Origin: Malacoraja senta
Taxonomy: Eukaryota
NCBI GenBank assembly: GCA_038087875.1
Contig: CM075990.1
Location: 3,722,001 to 3,786,000 of the forward strand
Reading direction: 5' to 3'
DNA: 64,000 nt
Position numbers and translations under genes: made by a program. The first letter of the stretch is position 1; every line of letters begins with the position of its first letter. Shown one piece after another: positions 35,001 through 47,516 of the stretch. The notes beneath the pieces are model-generated. The model did not search any database and was not told the origin of the DNA. It saw only the letters and a list, made by a program, of their open reading frames with translations.

Positions 35001-35813
35001 GAACCTACTGAATGACTCCCGGAAACACCGATCCTCCAGCAACCGGTTATTAAAGTGCCAGTACGCGGACCCAGCCCTAGCGCGCGCCGGATTGAATTCC
35101 ACACGCACCAAACAGTGATCCGAACATGGCACCACCCGCATTGAAGCCTCTGAGACACGGGCAACACACGCTCGGGAAATATATATTCTGTCAATACGGG
35201 AACCACCACCCTCATACCTCCGCGAAAAAGCATTGGAATCCGGGTGGAGGTTCCTCCATGCATCAACCAACTCAAAGGATTCAATCATCCCTCTCAACTT
35301 CTTCGCTACAGCAGGGGCACACTGAGTACCAGAACGATCTCGCGCCTCAAGTGTGCAATTAAAGTCCCCACCAAGGAAAACACACTCTCCCCTATCAATA
35401 GTGCTCAACAGAGCAGTCACCTCCTGAATTAGGCCGGCCTGCATCGTGCCGGAGCTAGGGGCATACACGTTAATAAAATGCAACGGCATGCCATCCAGGC
35501 TCACGGCCAGATGGAGCAAACGTCCTGGCACAACTTCATTCACTTTTAAAATCGTTGGCAGGAAATTCTGGGCCAACAAAAAGGCCACCCCACTCGAATT
35601 CGAGCTGAGATGGCTCATGTAAACCCCCCCTTCCCACTCCAGTCTCCAGGTAGGTTCATCACTAACAACTGTGTGCGTCTCCTGCAGAAAACACACTGCA
35701 AATCTCCCCTCTTTAAGGACTGATAAAAGCTGAAATCTACGAAAACTCGCTCTACTCCCGTTTAAGTTTAATGTTACAACGGTGAATGTAAAGGCCCACG
35801 ATATTAAACCCCT
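32091..35813 (-). CDS. Tx1 ORF2, copy 2, open, no initiating ATG
   Basis: Same protein as copy 1 except HICLF changes to HIRLF. Confidence 0.92.
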   Translation of the reverse strand, partial: RGLISWAFTFTVVTLNLNGSRASFRRFQLLSVLKEGRFAVCFLQETHTVVSDEPTWRLEWEGGVYMSHLSSNSSGVAFLLAQNFLPTILKVNEVVPGRLLHLAVSLDGMPLHFINVYAPSSGTMQAGLIQEVTALLSTIDRGECVFLGGDFNCTLEARDRSGTQCAPAVAKKLRGMIESFELVDAWRNLHPDSNAFSRRYEGGGSRIDRIYISRACVARVSEASMRVVPCSDHCLVRVEFNPARARAGSAYWHFNNRLLEDRCFRESFSRFWGKWREGRRGFSSLRQWWDVGKAHIRLFCKEYTWGSTGRRDSAVARLERELRGAESRLGRDGEDSCGWGEFQEKKEALRNLLLERSRGAFVRARVQMMQDLDRASPFFFSLEKGRGACKQLVELLADDGSSVTDPERISEEVRSFYGSLFSAGGYNGEAQQDLWEGLPTVDREVADLLDGPLSLEELTCALFQLRKGKSPGMDGLTVEFVRAFWEILGGDYMLVLGESLAAGEMPLSWRRAVVVLLPKKGELRLLKNWRPVSLLCTEYKVFARAMANRMGPVLSQMIHPDQSYTVPGRSIQDNIHLVRDLIHIVQGTGQSAAFLSLDQEKAFDRVEHDYLFGTLQAFGFGPHFVARVRLLYAAAECLVKVNGALLAPFQFGRGVRQGCPMSGQLYSVCVEPFLCLLRRRLTGLALPGPGLEVVLSAYADDVLLMFTDPGDLRRMRDCQEIFSAASSARINWSKCSGLLVGQWQVDSLPEEMERYVWSTTHLLYLGVYLSPTEDAWPANWLELETKVVARLGRWSGLLGVLSFRGRVMVINQLVASMLWYRLATLVPPSIFVNALQKKLVDFFWGNRKHWVSAAVLSLPLEEGGQSLVCVRTQVAALRLRTLRRYMYEENPPRWHALATYFFRRGRCLGGVSRLPVAGISRPALRGLPVFYRDVIRVRNLVVFSQRVVPRGEGDGADAGVAGPRPVMAGVEERRAPRVVLAELSIAPSDLLIGPRLRDISREPAPHNLSRLSEMISIPFRDAKRRTLYRMFLHILHLLVFVSRPDTPWRTVLPPDGGGGPWWGSFYKGVVPLYIGDLGWRLLHGAVVCNKLLSRFTGSSAACIFCGKEETVFHVYMECERLLPLYQYLKGLFLKFWLHFSPTILVCGHKVGCGESQVGGWDLPVGLLLGLVKMAIRGSRQRVVDGEARVGCLPLFRAYVRARVSLEREYAVSTGTLEAFRGRWSPRGVESIINHECNVVL

Positions 35814-38076
35814 TCACACCCCGTAGACACAACCAATTTCTCTCTAAGGAACACCAAAAAGTCCCCAAACTGCCCCTCCTCTAAGTCAGTAAGAGCACTC
35901 TCCCTGCTGCCAAGAATATCCTCGAGAATCGGAATCAATCCTGGCAGATCCTTCCACCGCCTATTAGCAGCCTCCAATCTTGTTCTTACAGAGCGGTTTG
36001 TTCTGAGAAAGTCTCGAACCACCTCTATCTCACATTCAAGAGACTCGGCCTTGGACCCTGGGCACTCGGCCAACGCACTTGCACCTGCACCATCAGGCTC
36101 CACACACAACGTTCAAGGTCTCCCTCAGTAATTGAACGCCCAGAGCTCTCCAAAAGCTCTCCACCCCCACTACCCAAACTTTCCTGTTCACCCTCCCGCT
36201 CCTCCAGCAAGCCACCACCCCCAGGATCAATGCCAGGTAAGGGCCCTGAAACCCCCAACTGCAACAAGCATCCCCCTGCCTGGCTTGGCACCTGCTCACT
36301 ACCATCACCCACCACTCCCTGGCCTGGGGAAACAAAAACACTGGGCACCCCCCGGGCCTGGGATACACTGCCACCCCTTGAACCTAAAGGGACCTCACCT
36401 TCCGAACTATCCCCGACCTCCACACCACCTATAGCATCCCCACCACTAGCAATACCCAGAGGCTCTCCTCTTTCTTTTAGCCTCTCCCCTTCCACCTCAT
36501 CCGGCGATGCAGCACACCCCCCATGACCACCACTGGCACTGATGTGCAGCATAGACTGGAACACCACAGCCCCCGAACCACCCCCCTCAGGCCGACTCTG
36601 CTCATCCCCCATCTCAGGGGCCCCCCTACCATGGGCACATACCCCATCCTCTGGCGTTCCATCACCCTCAAGAGGCCTCTGAAACGAGGGGACCTCCTCC
36701 GACCCAGAGGACACATCCCCAGGGGAGCTCACCTCACCACCCGATGAGATAACTCCCTCAGAGGGCCCCTGAAATGAAGGGACAGCCCCCCGCCCAGAGG
36801 ACACATCTCCAGCGGAATCAACCCCCTCACCTGCCCTAACTTTCGCCTCACGCCCTTCCTCTTCCTCGCCAGGCCTAGTCCTTTTTACCCCACTAGCATG
36901 CGGCGGTACGGTGACCTCCATAAAGGAAGGGTCTTCCACCCCCTCACTACCCCCATCCACTATACCACCCGCACACTTTACCATCCCTCCCCCCGTCTGA
37001 GTGACCTCATCGCCTTGCTGGGCCACACCAAGCACACTCTGGACCTCACTAGATCTGACACGCACCCCGTTCTCAGATTGCGTTTTACTCGTTGGATGGC
37101 CCTTTGCCTTCTTCTTCCTCGACTTCTTCACCTCCCACTCCCCCCCCCCATCTTTTTCCTCCCCCTCTCCACCCTCTCCCTCCCCCTCACCATTATCCAC
37201 CACCACCTCCACAGTCTCAGGACGCAGGGGCCTGAGGCCTTCCCCGCCCCGGGTCCCCAAGGCAGAACTTTCAGACCCAGATGGCCTATCACTTCCGCCC
37301 CGGATCCCCGAGGTAGAGCTAGCCGCCCTAGCCAGGTCAGCAGTGCCAGCCCGCGCCACCGAGGCATGATGTACCACCCCGGATGGCCCAGCATTGCAAT
37401 CCTGGGCCACTACGCTAGAACTTCTAGCAATGCCCCTGCGAGAAAGACACTCGTTACGGAAATGTCCATATGCTCCACACTCATGACACCGTGCCTTCCC
37501 CCAACTCCAATACACGGTTCTATAGAGACCCTGACAATCCACCTCAAAGCTCCCCTCCTCGCCTTCGCCCTCACCCACCTTCATGAACACCCTCCTCTTA
37601 AAACTCAAGATCCCTCTTTCCTCCGGGTCCTCCCCGAGGTGCCTGAGCCTAAAGCACTTAGACCTCACCTCCCCAATCGTAGACAGGTGTGGCATAAGTG
37701 CAGCATCCGAAATAAATGTGGGGCAACTCCGCAGGAGAACCGGTCTCACCCTCGATAACCACGGATCCACCTGTAATTGGATCCCCCCCACTGATATCCC
37801 CCTCTCCAACGCCATTTTCACACCCTCCTCGGTCTGCAAAATCATCTCCACCTTGCCTCTTACAAGCTCGGAAGAGACAACAGCCCGCCCCCCAATAAGG
37901 TCATTCACGGCCTTGGTAATTGCACCCCTAGACATCTGGGGCCCAGTTTGGATCGAGATACCAAACCTGCCCCAATGCAAGTTCACATAAGGCTCATGCT
38001 CCACTGTCCTCGCATCCGTCTCTGATGCCGCCACTGCGTAGCTCCGGTTCTTCGGCCTCGCCCCAGCCTTCGCCAT
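35804..38076 (-). pseudogene. Tx1 ORF1, copy 2, with a 1-nt deletion near 36104
   Basis: ctccacacacaacg here versus ctccacaacacaacg in copy 1; splits the ORF into 683 aa and 101 aa (could be an assembly error). Confidence 0.85.
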
Positions 38077-38551
38077 CCTGACAGAGGCACAACCAGCTCC
38101 AATCGCCCCGGCAGCTCAGCTCCACGTTAACTCCTGCAAACAGTCACAGTCAACAAGTAGCAGAACTCTGAAGCCTCCAGCTACCGCCAGAAAATCCCCA
38201 AAGACGGCCACAGCCGACAGCAGCTTTTGGGAAGCTCTATCCCATTCTTTCCGGACTCAACAGTACCATCTTCACATGAAACCCGACATCCGCCGGAGCA
38301 AAATGCCTTGTTTCCTGTTGCCTCTAACACCATCCACTCTTGGCAGTCCACCAACGACAACCGCACCCTCCACAATGGAAAAATATCTCCGGAATGTCCG
38401 CACTTGTGGAGAATTCCTAGAACAGAGAAAAGTTTCACCAGTCCAACAATAAGTTAGACCATGAAGCCCCTCTGCCTCTGTTCCTTCCCCATCGACAACG
38501 TCCTTGAAAAGCTGTTTGAATCCTTCTCAACTGCAGAGCTGAAAAAAAAAA

Positions 38552-38613
<62 letters not shown>

Positions 38614-41600
38614 TGGCTGCAGCCATCGTCTGCTTCGGTGAGGGAAGCAGGTTGGTGATTTCAGGTCGAGACCCTTCTTCAGACTGATTGATTGATTGAT
38701 TGATTTGATTGATTTATTTCTTGTCATTTGAACCTCAAAGAGGCTCAAACGAAACTCCGTTTCCACAGCCATACAAACAAAACAATTCTTACACGACACA
38801 CAAACAATTCAATTTACAGAAAAACATCCATCACAGTGAATCTCCTCCTCACTGTGATGGAAGGCAAAGTCATTTCTCTCCCCTGCACCATTTTTCTCCC
38901 GATGTTGAAGCCCCAGGCGGGCAATGTTAAGTCCCACGGCCGTTGAGGCTGCGCCGGGCGGTGTACGGCCTCGCTCCGGGCCCAAAGGTCACCAAGTTGG
39001 AGCCCCCGGCGGGCGCTGGAATGTCCCGCCGCCATTAAAGACGCGCCGGGCGATTTACGGCCCCGCTCCGGGTCGTTCCAACCCCGCAACACGGGCGGGA
39101 GAAGTTGCGTTGCGGGAGCTCCGGAAAGCGGTCTCTCACCCGGACCCGCGAGCTCCCGATGTCACAGTCCACGGGTCTGCAGCTGCAGCTGGAGCTCCGG
39201 AGTCGGGCCGCAGCAGCGAGCCACCACCGCTCCCCCACGCTCCGAGGCCGGCCAACCCCACGATGGCACGTCCGCAGCTCTGCAGGCTCCGCGACTGGAG
39301 CCCCCAGGTCGTGCCGGTCGGAGGCCGCTCCACGGAGCTACGGACCAACGACAACGGAGACCCGACAGGGAAAAGGTCGGGTCTCCCGTACAGGGAAGAG
39401 ATTTTTTTAAAGTTTCCCCCTCCCCCCACATATACACAATTAAAACAGTACCAAAAAAATACAAACAACTACATTTAACTAGACAAAAATAAAATAAAAA
39501 GACAGACGGGCTGTAGGGGCCGCCGCACTAATACTTACCACTGACATGGACGTGAAAGAGCAGTCTCAGAGGAAGAATTCTTGGGACGGTAACTGTGGCA
39601 GTACTGAGTCAGACTGCCAGTTCCATAAACAAGCACCTCTGTGTAATGCAAATGTAATAGTACACTCCTTCTCAAGAAGAATGGGAGGAACACAACCTTC
39701 TCCTAGGGAGTGTTTAACCCCTCCAAGTCAAGTCAAGTATGTCGTCATATGCACAAGGGGTGGCACAGCGGTAGAGCTGCTGCCTTGCAGCGCTAGAGAC
39801 CCGGGTTCGATCCTGCCCTCGGGTGCTGCCCGTGCGTGGAGTTTGCACGTTCTCCCCGTGACCGCGTGGGCTTTCTCTGACATTCCAAAGACGCATAGGT
39901 TTGTAGATTAATTGGCTTCGGTAAAATTGTCAATTGTCCCTAAATGTGTGTAGGACAGAACTAGTGTGCGGGTGATCGCTGGACGGCGAGGGCTCGGTTG
40001 GCCGAAGGGGCCTGTTTCCATGCTGTATCTCCAAGTTTAAAAGTAAAGTATGGTGAGGTGCGGGTACAATGAAAATCTTGCTTGCAGCAGCATCATTAGT
40101 GTCACATTGCTGCAGCCAACACATAAACTAGACATCAATTATACATAGATTATGCAGCCAGAACATATCCTTGTTGCTTTACAGTGGTGATGTGATGAGG
40201 CAATTAAGTAGTGTGTTGGCTTGGATTGCAGGTTCTTGCAAAGCTCCTCTGCACAGCCCCCTTCACTGCCTCCTCTCCCCCCACCCCCTCCCACCCAATG
40301 AAGCTTCCAGGGCAAACGAGCCATCTTTAAAACCAATGATGCATTACCACGTCCATGCATCGTGGATCAGTCGTCACATGAATCAGCATGTAACCTCCAC
40401 ACTGACTTATGGGGCTGTCCCACTTAGGAGATGTTTCCGGCGACTGTCGGCGACTGTCATAGTCGTAGTAGGTCGCCGAAAAAACAGCGACTGGACCCCC
40501 CCTACGACAATGTCTACGACAACCTACCACCTAGTCGACGGCAAGCTACCGACAACCGGCGACCCATTAGGACGTCCACCTACGACCACACACCTACGAC
40601 AACCTACGTCCACCCTACGACCCTGTTGGCGACAACTGAAGGCAACTTACAACAATTCAGTCGCCGGTACCTGTCTCTGGTTGACGTAGGTAGTCGCCAA
40701 TGGAATTCACCTACGTCAGCACCGGTGACAACCCATGTCACCTGGCAACAGCCTACGACAGCACCTACGTCAGGAGAAGTCAAGCTTGTCTAGTCAAGTC
40801 AAGTCACATTTATTTATATAGCACATTTAAAAAACAACTCTCGTTGGCCAAAGTGCTTTACATTTGTTATAAGAATAGCACAAACAAAACAAACTACATA
40901 AATATATACATGTAGCCCTCACTCAGAGGACGTCAGGAAAGGCTTGGGAGTATAGATAAGTTTTTAGTCTTGACTTAAAAGAGTCGATGGAGGGGGCAGT
41001 TCTGATGGGAAAGGGGATGCTGTTCCACAGTCTAGGGTCTGCAACCGCAAAGGCGCGGTCGCCCCTGAGCTTATGCCTAGACCACGGGATATTCAGCAAC
41101 CCCAAGTCGGCCGATCTGAGGGCCCTGGAGGTGGAGTGGGGGGTGAGAAGACTTTTTATGTAGGTGGGGGCAAGTCCATTGAGGGCTTTGTAGACAGGGA
41201 GGAGGATCTTGATGTTTATACGGAACCGCACAGGGAGCCAGTGGAGAGAGGCCAGGATCGGGGTGATGTGGTCCCTTTTTCGGGTGCCCGTCAGGAGTCT
41301 CGCTGCGGCGTTTTGGACCAGTTGCAGGCAGGACAGGGAAGATTGGTGAATGTGTGGATGATCTTTTCGAGGTCATCAAACTGGAGGAATTGTTTTATTT
41401 TAATATTTTAAAATGAGCTATGCTCATTGGCGTCAAGCCCACTGTCGCCGAAAACTTTTGAACATTTCAAAATCCAGCGGGGACCAGAAAAACGCTACGA
41501 TTCTTTGGGCGGCTGAGACTACTCACGACCATACAGGCGACATCCCGGCGACCATGTGGTGACAGCCTAGTCGCCTGTAGTCGCCTAAAAAATGCCTAAG

Positions 41601-42233
41601 TGGGACAGGCCCTTTTGAAACATATAAAATAGGTGCAGGAGTAGGCCTTTGATCTAGCATCGTCATTCAATATGATCATGGCTGATTATCCAAAATCAGT
41701 ACCACATTCCTCCTTTCTCCCCTATCCCTTGATTCCTTTAGCCCTAAGGGCTATCTATATCCAACTCTCTCTTGAATACATCCAGTGAATTGGCCTCCAC
41801 TGCCTTCAGTGGCAGAGAATTCCACAGATTCACAACTCTCTGGGTGAAAAGGTTTTTCCTCATCTCAGTCCTAAATGGCCTACCCCTTATTCTTAAACTG
41901 TGACCCCTGGTTCTGGACTCCCCCCGACATCGGGAACATTTTTCCTGCATCTAGTCTGTCCTATTAGACTTCACTGTGGAGTTTTACATCTTATAGGGAG
42001 AATGTAGGGGTGGTTTAAATAAGGCACTGGGCTCTACTGCAGAAGAGGGAAATTAATAAATGAACCAGATTGGATCGACTCTAGAGTCAAGTGTGTTTTA
42101 TCATCATGTGTCTCGAAATGTCACAATGAAAATCTTACTAGCAGCAGTGCAACAGAGATGGAAGCATAGATAGACACAAAGTGCTGGAGTAACTCAGCGG
42201 GACAGGCAGCATCTCTGGAGAGAAGGAATGGGT

Positions 42234-44251
42234 GACGTTTCGGGTCGAGACCCTTCTTCAGACTCTAAAGTCTGGCTCTAAAGTCTACTTCTGTACTAAA
42301 CATAGTACTTTTTAAGCACCATAGAAAAAATAATCGAAACAAATAATAATAGTACTAAAAGACAAAAATAATGCCCCCAGGTCTGTGTAGTTCGGAGCTT
42401 ACTTGGAGGTTGTCCTCTTCAATAGCTTGATTGATTGTTTGATTGATCGATCGATTGATTAATTAATTGATACTTTATTATCACATGTGACATGTCACAG
42501 TGAAATTCGTTGTTGTTCATACCATGCACAAGGAATGCAAACAGTCACCACCTCAAGGGCGCCGACACCATAATGGGGCTGTCCCACTGTTCGAGCTAAT
42601 TCAAGAGTTCTCCCGAGTTTCCCCTGATTCGAACTCGGAGGATTACGGTAATAACCACTTGTAGGTACTCGGGGCTCTCGTGGACATATTTTCAACATGT
42701 TGAAAAATCTTCACGAGTCTTCACGAGCTTACCGCGTTTCCCGAGTACCTGCCATTTGCGTTACGAGCTGCTAAGAGACGTCCCGAGCTCCGACGTACCC
42801 GCTACATACATTCTACGTGCTTACCACGAGTTTGATTTTTTTAAAACTCGGGAGAGCTCTTGAATTAGCTCGTACAGTGGGACAGCCCCTTTACAAAGAA
42901 GTCCCCAATTGTCCCTCTTTGCTCTCGGCAGACCCCCACGCCTGGTCCGTTCATTTTCTCGGCGGCCTCTTTGTTCCTGATGGCTGGAGGGAAGAAGCTG
43001 CTGCTGAACTTGGACGTTAAAGTTTTCAGGCTCCTGTACCTTCTTCCCGATGGCAGGGGGTGAAATGAGAGCGTGGCCAGGCTGGTGTGGGTCTCTGATG
43101 ATGCTGGCTGCCTTTTTGATGCAGCGACTCCTGTAGATCCCTTCGACGGTGGGGAGTTCAGTACCCGTGATGGACCTAACACTTCAGGTACGTTTCGCCA
43201 ATGCAGATGCACAAAGGTCGTGTTCAGTTGTTGCCAGTTCTATCAGCTCTCCATTCTAGAAGCTTCTCATGGGCGGCATGTTGGCGCAAGGGTAGAGTTG
43301 CTGCCTTACAGCGCTTGCAGCATCGGAGACCCGGGTTCGATCCCGACTATGGGTGCATCCAGTCTGTACGGAGTTTGTACGTTCTCCCCTTAATCTGCGT
43401 GTGTTTTCTCCGAGATTTTCGGTTTCCTCCCACACTCCAAAGACGTACAGGTATATCGGTAAATTGGTTTGGTATAAGTGTAAATTACCCCTAGTGTGTG
43501 TAGGATAGTGTTAACGTGCGGGGATCGCTGGTCAGTGCAGACTCGGTGGGCCGAAGGGCCTGTTTCCGCGCTGCATTTCTAAACTAAACTAAACTAATAC
43601 TGTTAATTGTATTTCCCGACAAGCATTCATGCCTATGATTGTGATTATGTCTCAAAAAATTATTTTAAAAGTTCTTAATTAACTCAGTACAGACAGCACC
43701 CGAGGTCAGGATCGAACCCGGGTCTCTGGCACTGTGAGGCAGTAACTCTACCACTGCGCCACATCTAACTCCCTCTTAAATATAGCCAATGAACTGGCCT
43801 CAACTACCTTCTGTGGCAGAGAATTCTACAGATTCACCACTCTCTGTGTGAAAAATGATTTTCTCATCTCGGTCCTAAAAGACTTCCCCGTTACCCTTAA
43901 ACTGTGACACCTTGTTCTGGACTTCCCCAACATCGGGAATAATCTTCCTGCATCTAGCCTGTCCAACCCCTTAAGAATTGTGTAAGTTTCTATAAGATCC
44001 CCCCTCAATCTTCTAAATTCTAGCGAGTACAAACCGAGTCTATCCAGTCTTTCTTCATATGAAAGTCCTGCCATCCCAGGAATCAGTCTGGTGAACCTTC
44101 TCTGTACTCCCTCCATGGCAAGAATGTCTTTCCTCAGATTAGGAGACCAAAACTGTACGCAATACTCCAGGTGTGGTCTCACCAAGACCCTGTACAACTG
44201 CAGTAGAACCTCCCTGCTCTTATACTCTTATGTCATAGCTGATTTCTTGCA

Positions 44252-44290
<39 letters not shown>

Positions 44291-44846
44291 GTGTTGGCTG
44301 CAGCCATCGTCTGCTTCGGTGAGGGAAGCAGGTTGGTGATTTCAGGTCGAGACCCTTCTTCAGACTGACAGTCAAGGGAAAGGGAAATGGGAGATATAGG
44401 CATATCTTCCATTCATTTGTCCTTAGTACTGTCTATATCTCTTGTTCCTCTTTCCCCTGACTCAGTCTGAAGAAGGGTCTCGACCCAAAATGTCACTTAT
44501 TCCACTCTATGATCGTTGCTTTCGTCCGTCTGTCCGCTCGCCCTTGGATTAAGCAGCGCAGAATAAAGCTGCGAATTCACGCACAGGATGGAAACTGGAA
44601 ACTGAAAAGTAGTGGAACGCCGTCCCCCTGCGTACCCCCCCCCCCCCCCCTCATTTCCGTCACTGATGTTGGCCATGGGCACCAGGGATGCCAGCTCTGG
44701 CTGGCTGTCAATATAGTGCCAGGGATGGTCTGGGTCACTCCCGGAGAGCGCCCGGAACCTGGATGAAACCAAAGATGAACACACAATGACGGAGTAACTC
44801 AGCGGGTCATAGAAATATAGAAACATAGAAAATAGATGCAGGAGGA
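42234..44846. repeat. Short third unit lacking Tx1 and retroposon X
   Basis: Matches 17704-19727, then 26299-26429, then 17233-17705. Confidence 0.9.
44252..44290 (+). repeat. (TC)n microsatellite, the empty Tx1 target site
   Basis: Flanks gatttcttgca and gtgttggctgcagcc are identical to the outer flanks of both Tx1 copies. Confidence 0.95.
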
Positions 44847-45208
44847 GGCCATTCGGCCCTCCCAGCCAGCCATTCAACATGATCACGGCTGATCGTCCAG
44901 AATCAGTACCCCGTTCCTGTCCTCTCCCCATATCACTTGATTCCATTAGCCCGAAGAGCTATATATAACTCCCTCTTGCAAACATCCAGTGAAAACATCT
45001 GCTCTGCAGAGAGTCATTAACACACCTGCGGAAGACATCCTGGATCCTAAGGGACACATCCTACTCCGCCCATCACCTGTTTGCCTTTCTGCTCTCAGGA
45101 AAGAGCTACAGGTCCATCGAGCACACACCACAAGACTAACAAACAGTTTCTACCCCAAGGCCATCACCACATTGAATTCTGCACTGTAAGCCCACGCCCC
45201 ATAGTCAA

Positions 45209-47516
45209 TTTATTTATTTATTTATTTATTCCGAACAAGTAAAGACATTAAAGACATTGATATTAACAAAATCGAAATTATCAAACAATTGAACATTGCA
45301 ATCAACATTTACAATTGAGAAGAACAAAATCAAGGTTCCAATGTCCAACTCAGAGTCTGTACAAGCTCGAAAAGGAGTGAGAAGAAGAATAACTTATTAA
45401 ATCTCACCCCTTTTCCCCAACACTTCTATCGTATTTAAAAATCAATTCCTTACTAATAATAGTACTGCCCTAGGCAATTTCCCATAATACATAAGACACT
45501 TATATACATACAACTATTATGTACATACAAACTTCATATTTGAAGTACCCAACATCAGTGAACAATAGTAAACAAGATAAACATCAACAATATTAACAAG
45601 ATAAACATCAACGATTGTAAACAAGATAAACATCAACCCCCACTTGTCAACCATCCCCTCCATCCCTGTACCCCTTGAGCATTATTTTTTTATATATCAT
45701 TTTAAAATGATTCATGTTTGTGCATTGCTTCAATTCCCCGTTCAATTTATTCCACACTCCTACTCCACAAACCGAAATACAAAAGGTTTTTCTAGTCGTA
45801 CGGACTTGTTGTTTCTTAAAGTTAAATATTCCTCTTAAATTGTAACCCCCCACATGCTCGTTAAATAATTTTTGAATGTTTCCAGGTAAATTTTTATTTT
45901 TGGCCCTAAACATTATCTGAGCTGTTTTGAATGTGACCAAATCTTCTAATTTTAATAATTTTGACTCTAAAAATAATGGATTCGTATGACCCAGATACTT
46001 AGCATTATGGATAATACGAATTGCTCTTTTTTGCATCATGGTTAATGAGTGTATCGAATTTTTATAATTATTTCCCCAGACTTCTGTACAATAATTTAAG
46101 TAGGGTAAAATTAATGTACAATAAAGAATACGGAGTGATTTGTAATCCAGAGCTTGCTTGGCTTTGTATAATACAGAGATACTTTTTGATAATTTTAATT
46201 TTACATGTTTAATATGTGATTTCCAGCTTATTTTATCGTCAATTATAACCCCAAGAAATTTATTTTCATGCACTCTTTCAACTTCCACCCCATTTATCTT
46301 TATACTTACTAGGGGACTTATTCTACAATTACCAAATAACATTATTTTAGTTTTACTCAGATTTAATGAAATTTTATTACTATCAAACCATATTTTCAAT
46401 TTACCCATTTCTTTTATTATTTTATCCAATAGCCTTTTTAAATTTTCCCCAGAGCAAAAAATATTTGTATCATCTGCAAACAAAACCAGCCTCAAGACAT
46501 TGGACACATTACAAATATCATTTATGTACATGATAAATAATTTTGGGCCCAGCACTGACCCCTGTGGTACACCACACACAATGTCCAAACATGTAGAACC
46601 ATGACTACCCAGATTTACAAACTGTTGCCTGTTACTTAAGTAGCTTTTAATCCAGTCCAGTACTATTCCTCTAATTCCATACCTCTCCAATTTTTTTAAT
46701 AAAATATCATGATTAATTGTATCAAATGCTTTTTTTATGTCAATGAATATCCCAGCTGCATATAATTTCTTATCAATGGCGTTTGTGATGTCTTCAATTA
46801 ATTCTAGTATTGCAAGTGATGTTGATCTATTTGTTCTGAATCCATATTGACTTTCTGTTAATAATTTATTATTTTCTACAAATTTGTCTAGTCTATTATT
46901 AAACATTTTTTCTAATATTTTGGAAAATTGTGGGAGTAAGGAAACAGGTCTATAGTTTGTAAAATGATGCTTGTTCCCTGTTTTGTATATTGGTATTATT
47001 TTTGCTATTTTCATTTTAATTGGAAAAGTACCGGTCTGGAAGGATAAATTACAGATGAATGTTAAAGGTTTGGAGATCCCCTCAATGACCATCTTAACTA
47101 GCGACATGTCAATGTCATTGAAATCGGTAGACTTCTTATTTTTACATGTTTTGACAATATCCAGCAGTTCTTTTTCTTCTACTGCCGTAAGAAACATAGA
47201 GCAGGGATTTCTTTCCACTAATTTCTCAGGTGTTTCTCCAGATGTCCCTGAATCAGGGATTTGTTTAGCCAGGTCTGGTCCAATATTAACAAAAAAATTA
47301 TTAAAGCTATTAGCTATATCTTCCATATTGTAAATTTCCTTATCCTTATCAATAAAATACTTCGGGTAATTTGTTCTCCCCGGACCATTTCGGATAATGC
47401 TATTAAGTATGCTCCATATTCTTTTTATATTGTCTTTATTGTCATCTAATTTCTTCTTATAATAATCTTTCTTGCTTTCTCTTATGATGTAAGTTAATTT
47501 ATTTTTATACTTTTTA
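45209..47516 (-). mobile_element. 5'-truncated Crack/Daphne-like (CR1/L2 group) LINE
   Basis: (AAAT)n tail; host sequence agtcaa|tatttatactg is uninterrupted at ~51951. Confidence 0.85.
45647..47515 (-). CDS. Undisrupted RT-containing ORF of the Crack-like LINE (~620 codons, 5'-truncated)
   Basis: NYRPVSLLP, QYGFR, DIKKAFD, GVPQGSVLGP, FADD, HTNPLF; frame stays open upstream of 47326 (KKYKNKLTYIIRESKKDYY...). Confidence 0.88.
   Translation of the reverse strand, partial: KKYKNKLTYIIRESKKDYYKKKLDDNKDNIKRIWSILNSIIRNGPGRTNYPKYFIDKDKEIYNMEDIANSFNNFFVNIGPDLAKQIPDSGTSGETPEKLVERNPCSMFLTAVEEKELLDIVKTCKNKKSTDFNDIDMSLVKMVIEGISKPLTFICNLSFQTGTFPIKMKIAKIIPIYKTGNKHHFTNYRPVSLLPQFSKILEKMFNNRLDKFVENNKLLTESQYGFRTNRSTSLAILELIEDITNAIDKKLYAAGIFIDIKKAFDTINHDILLKKLERYGIRGIVLDWIKSYLSNRQQFVNLGSHGSTCLDIVCGVPQGSVLGPKLFIMYINDICNVSNVLRLVLFADDTNIFCSGENLKRLLDKIIKEMGKLKIWFDSNKISLNLSKTKIMLFGNCRISPLVSIKINGVEVERVHENKFLGVIIDDKISWKSHIKHVKLKLSKSISVLYKAKQALDYKSLRILYCTLILPYLNYCTEVWGNNYKNSIHSLTMMQKRAIRIIHNAKYLGHTNPLFLESKLLKLEDLVTFKTAQIMFRAKNKNLPGNIQKLFNEHVGGYNLRGIFNFKKQQVRTTRKTFCISVCGVGVWNKLNGELKQCTNMNHFKMIYKKIMLKGYRDGGDG

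Larger units (their letters stand above)
31985..38553 (-). mobile_element. Full-length Tx1-clade element, copy 2
   Basis: Same junctions as copy 1; only a handful of visible differences. Confidence 0.95.
29956..42233. repeat. ~12.26-kb tandem duplication, unit 2
   Basis: Colinear with 17704-29955. Confidence 0.95.

Noticed and set aside
44497..44758. Possible exon FRALSGSDPDHPWHY..., phase-compatible with 50149-50234
   Set aside because: Its acceptor comes from a Penelope repeat, the paralogue at 17361-17617 differs by non-synonymous changes and C-run length, and no donor is evident
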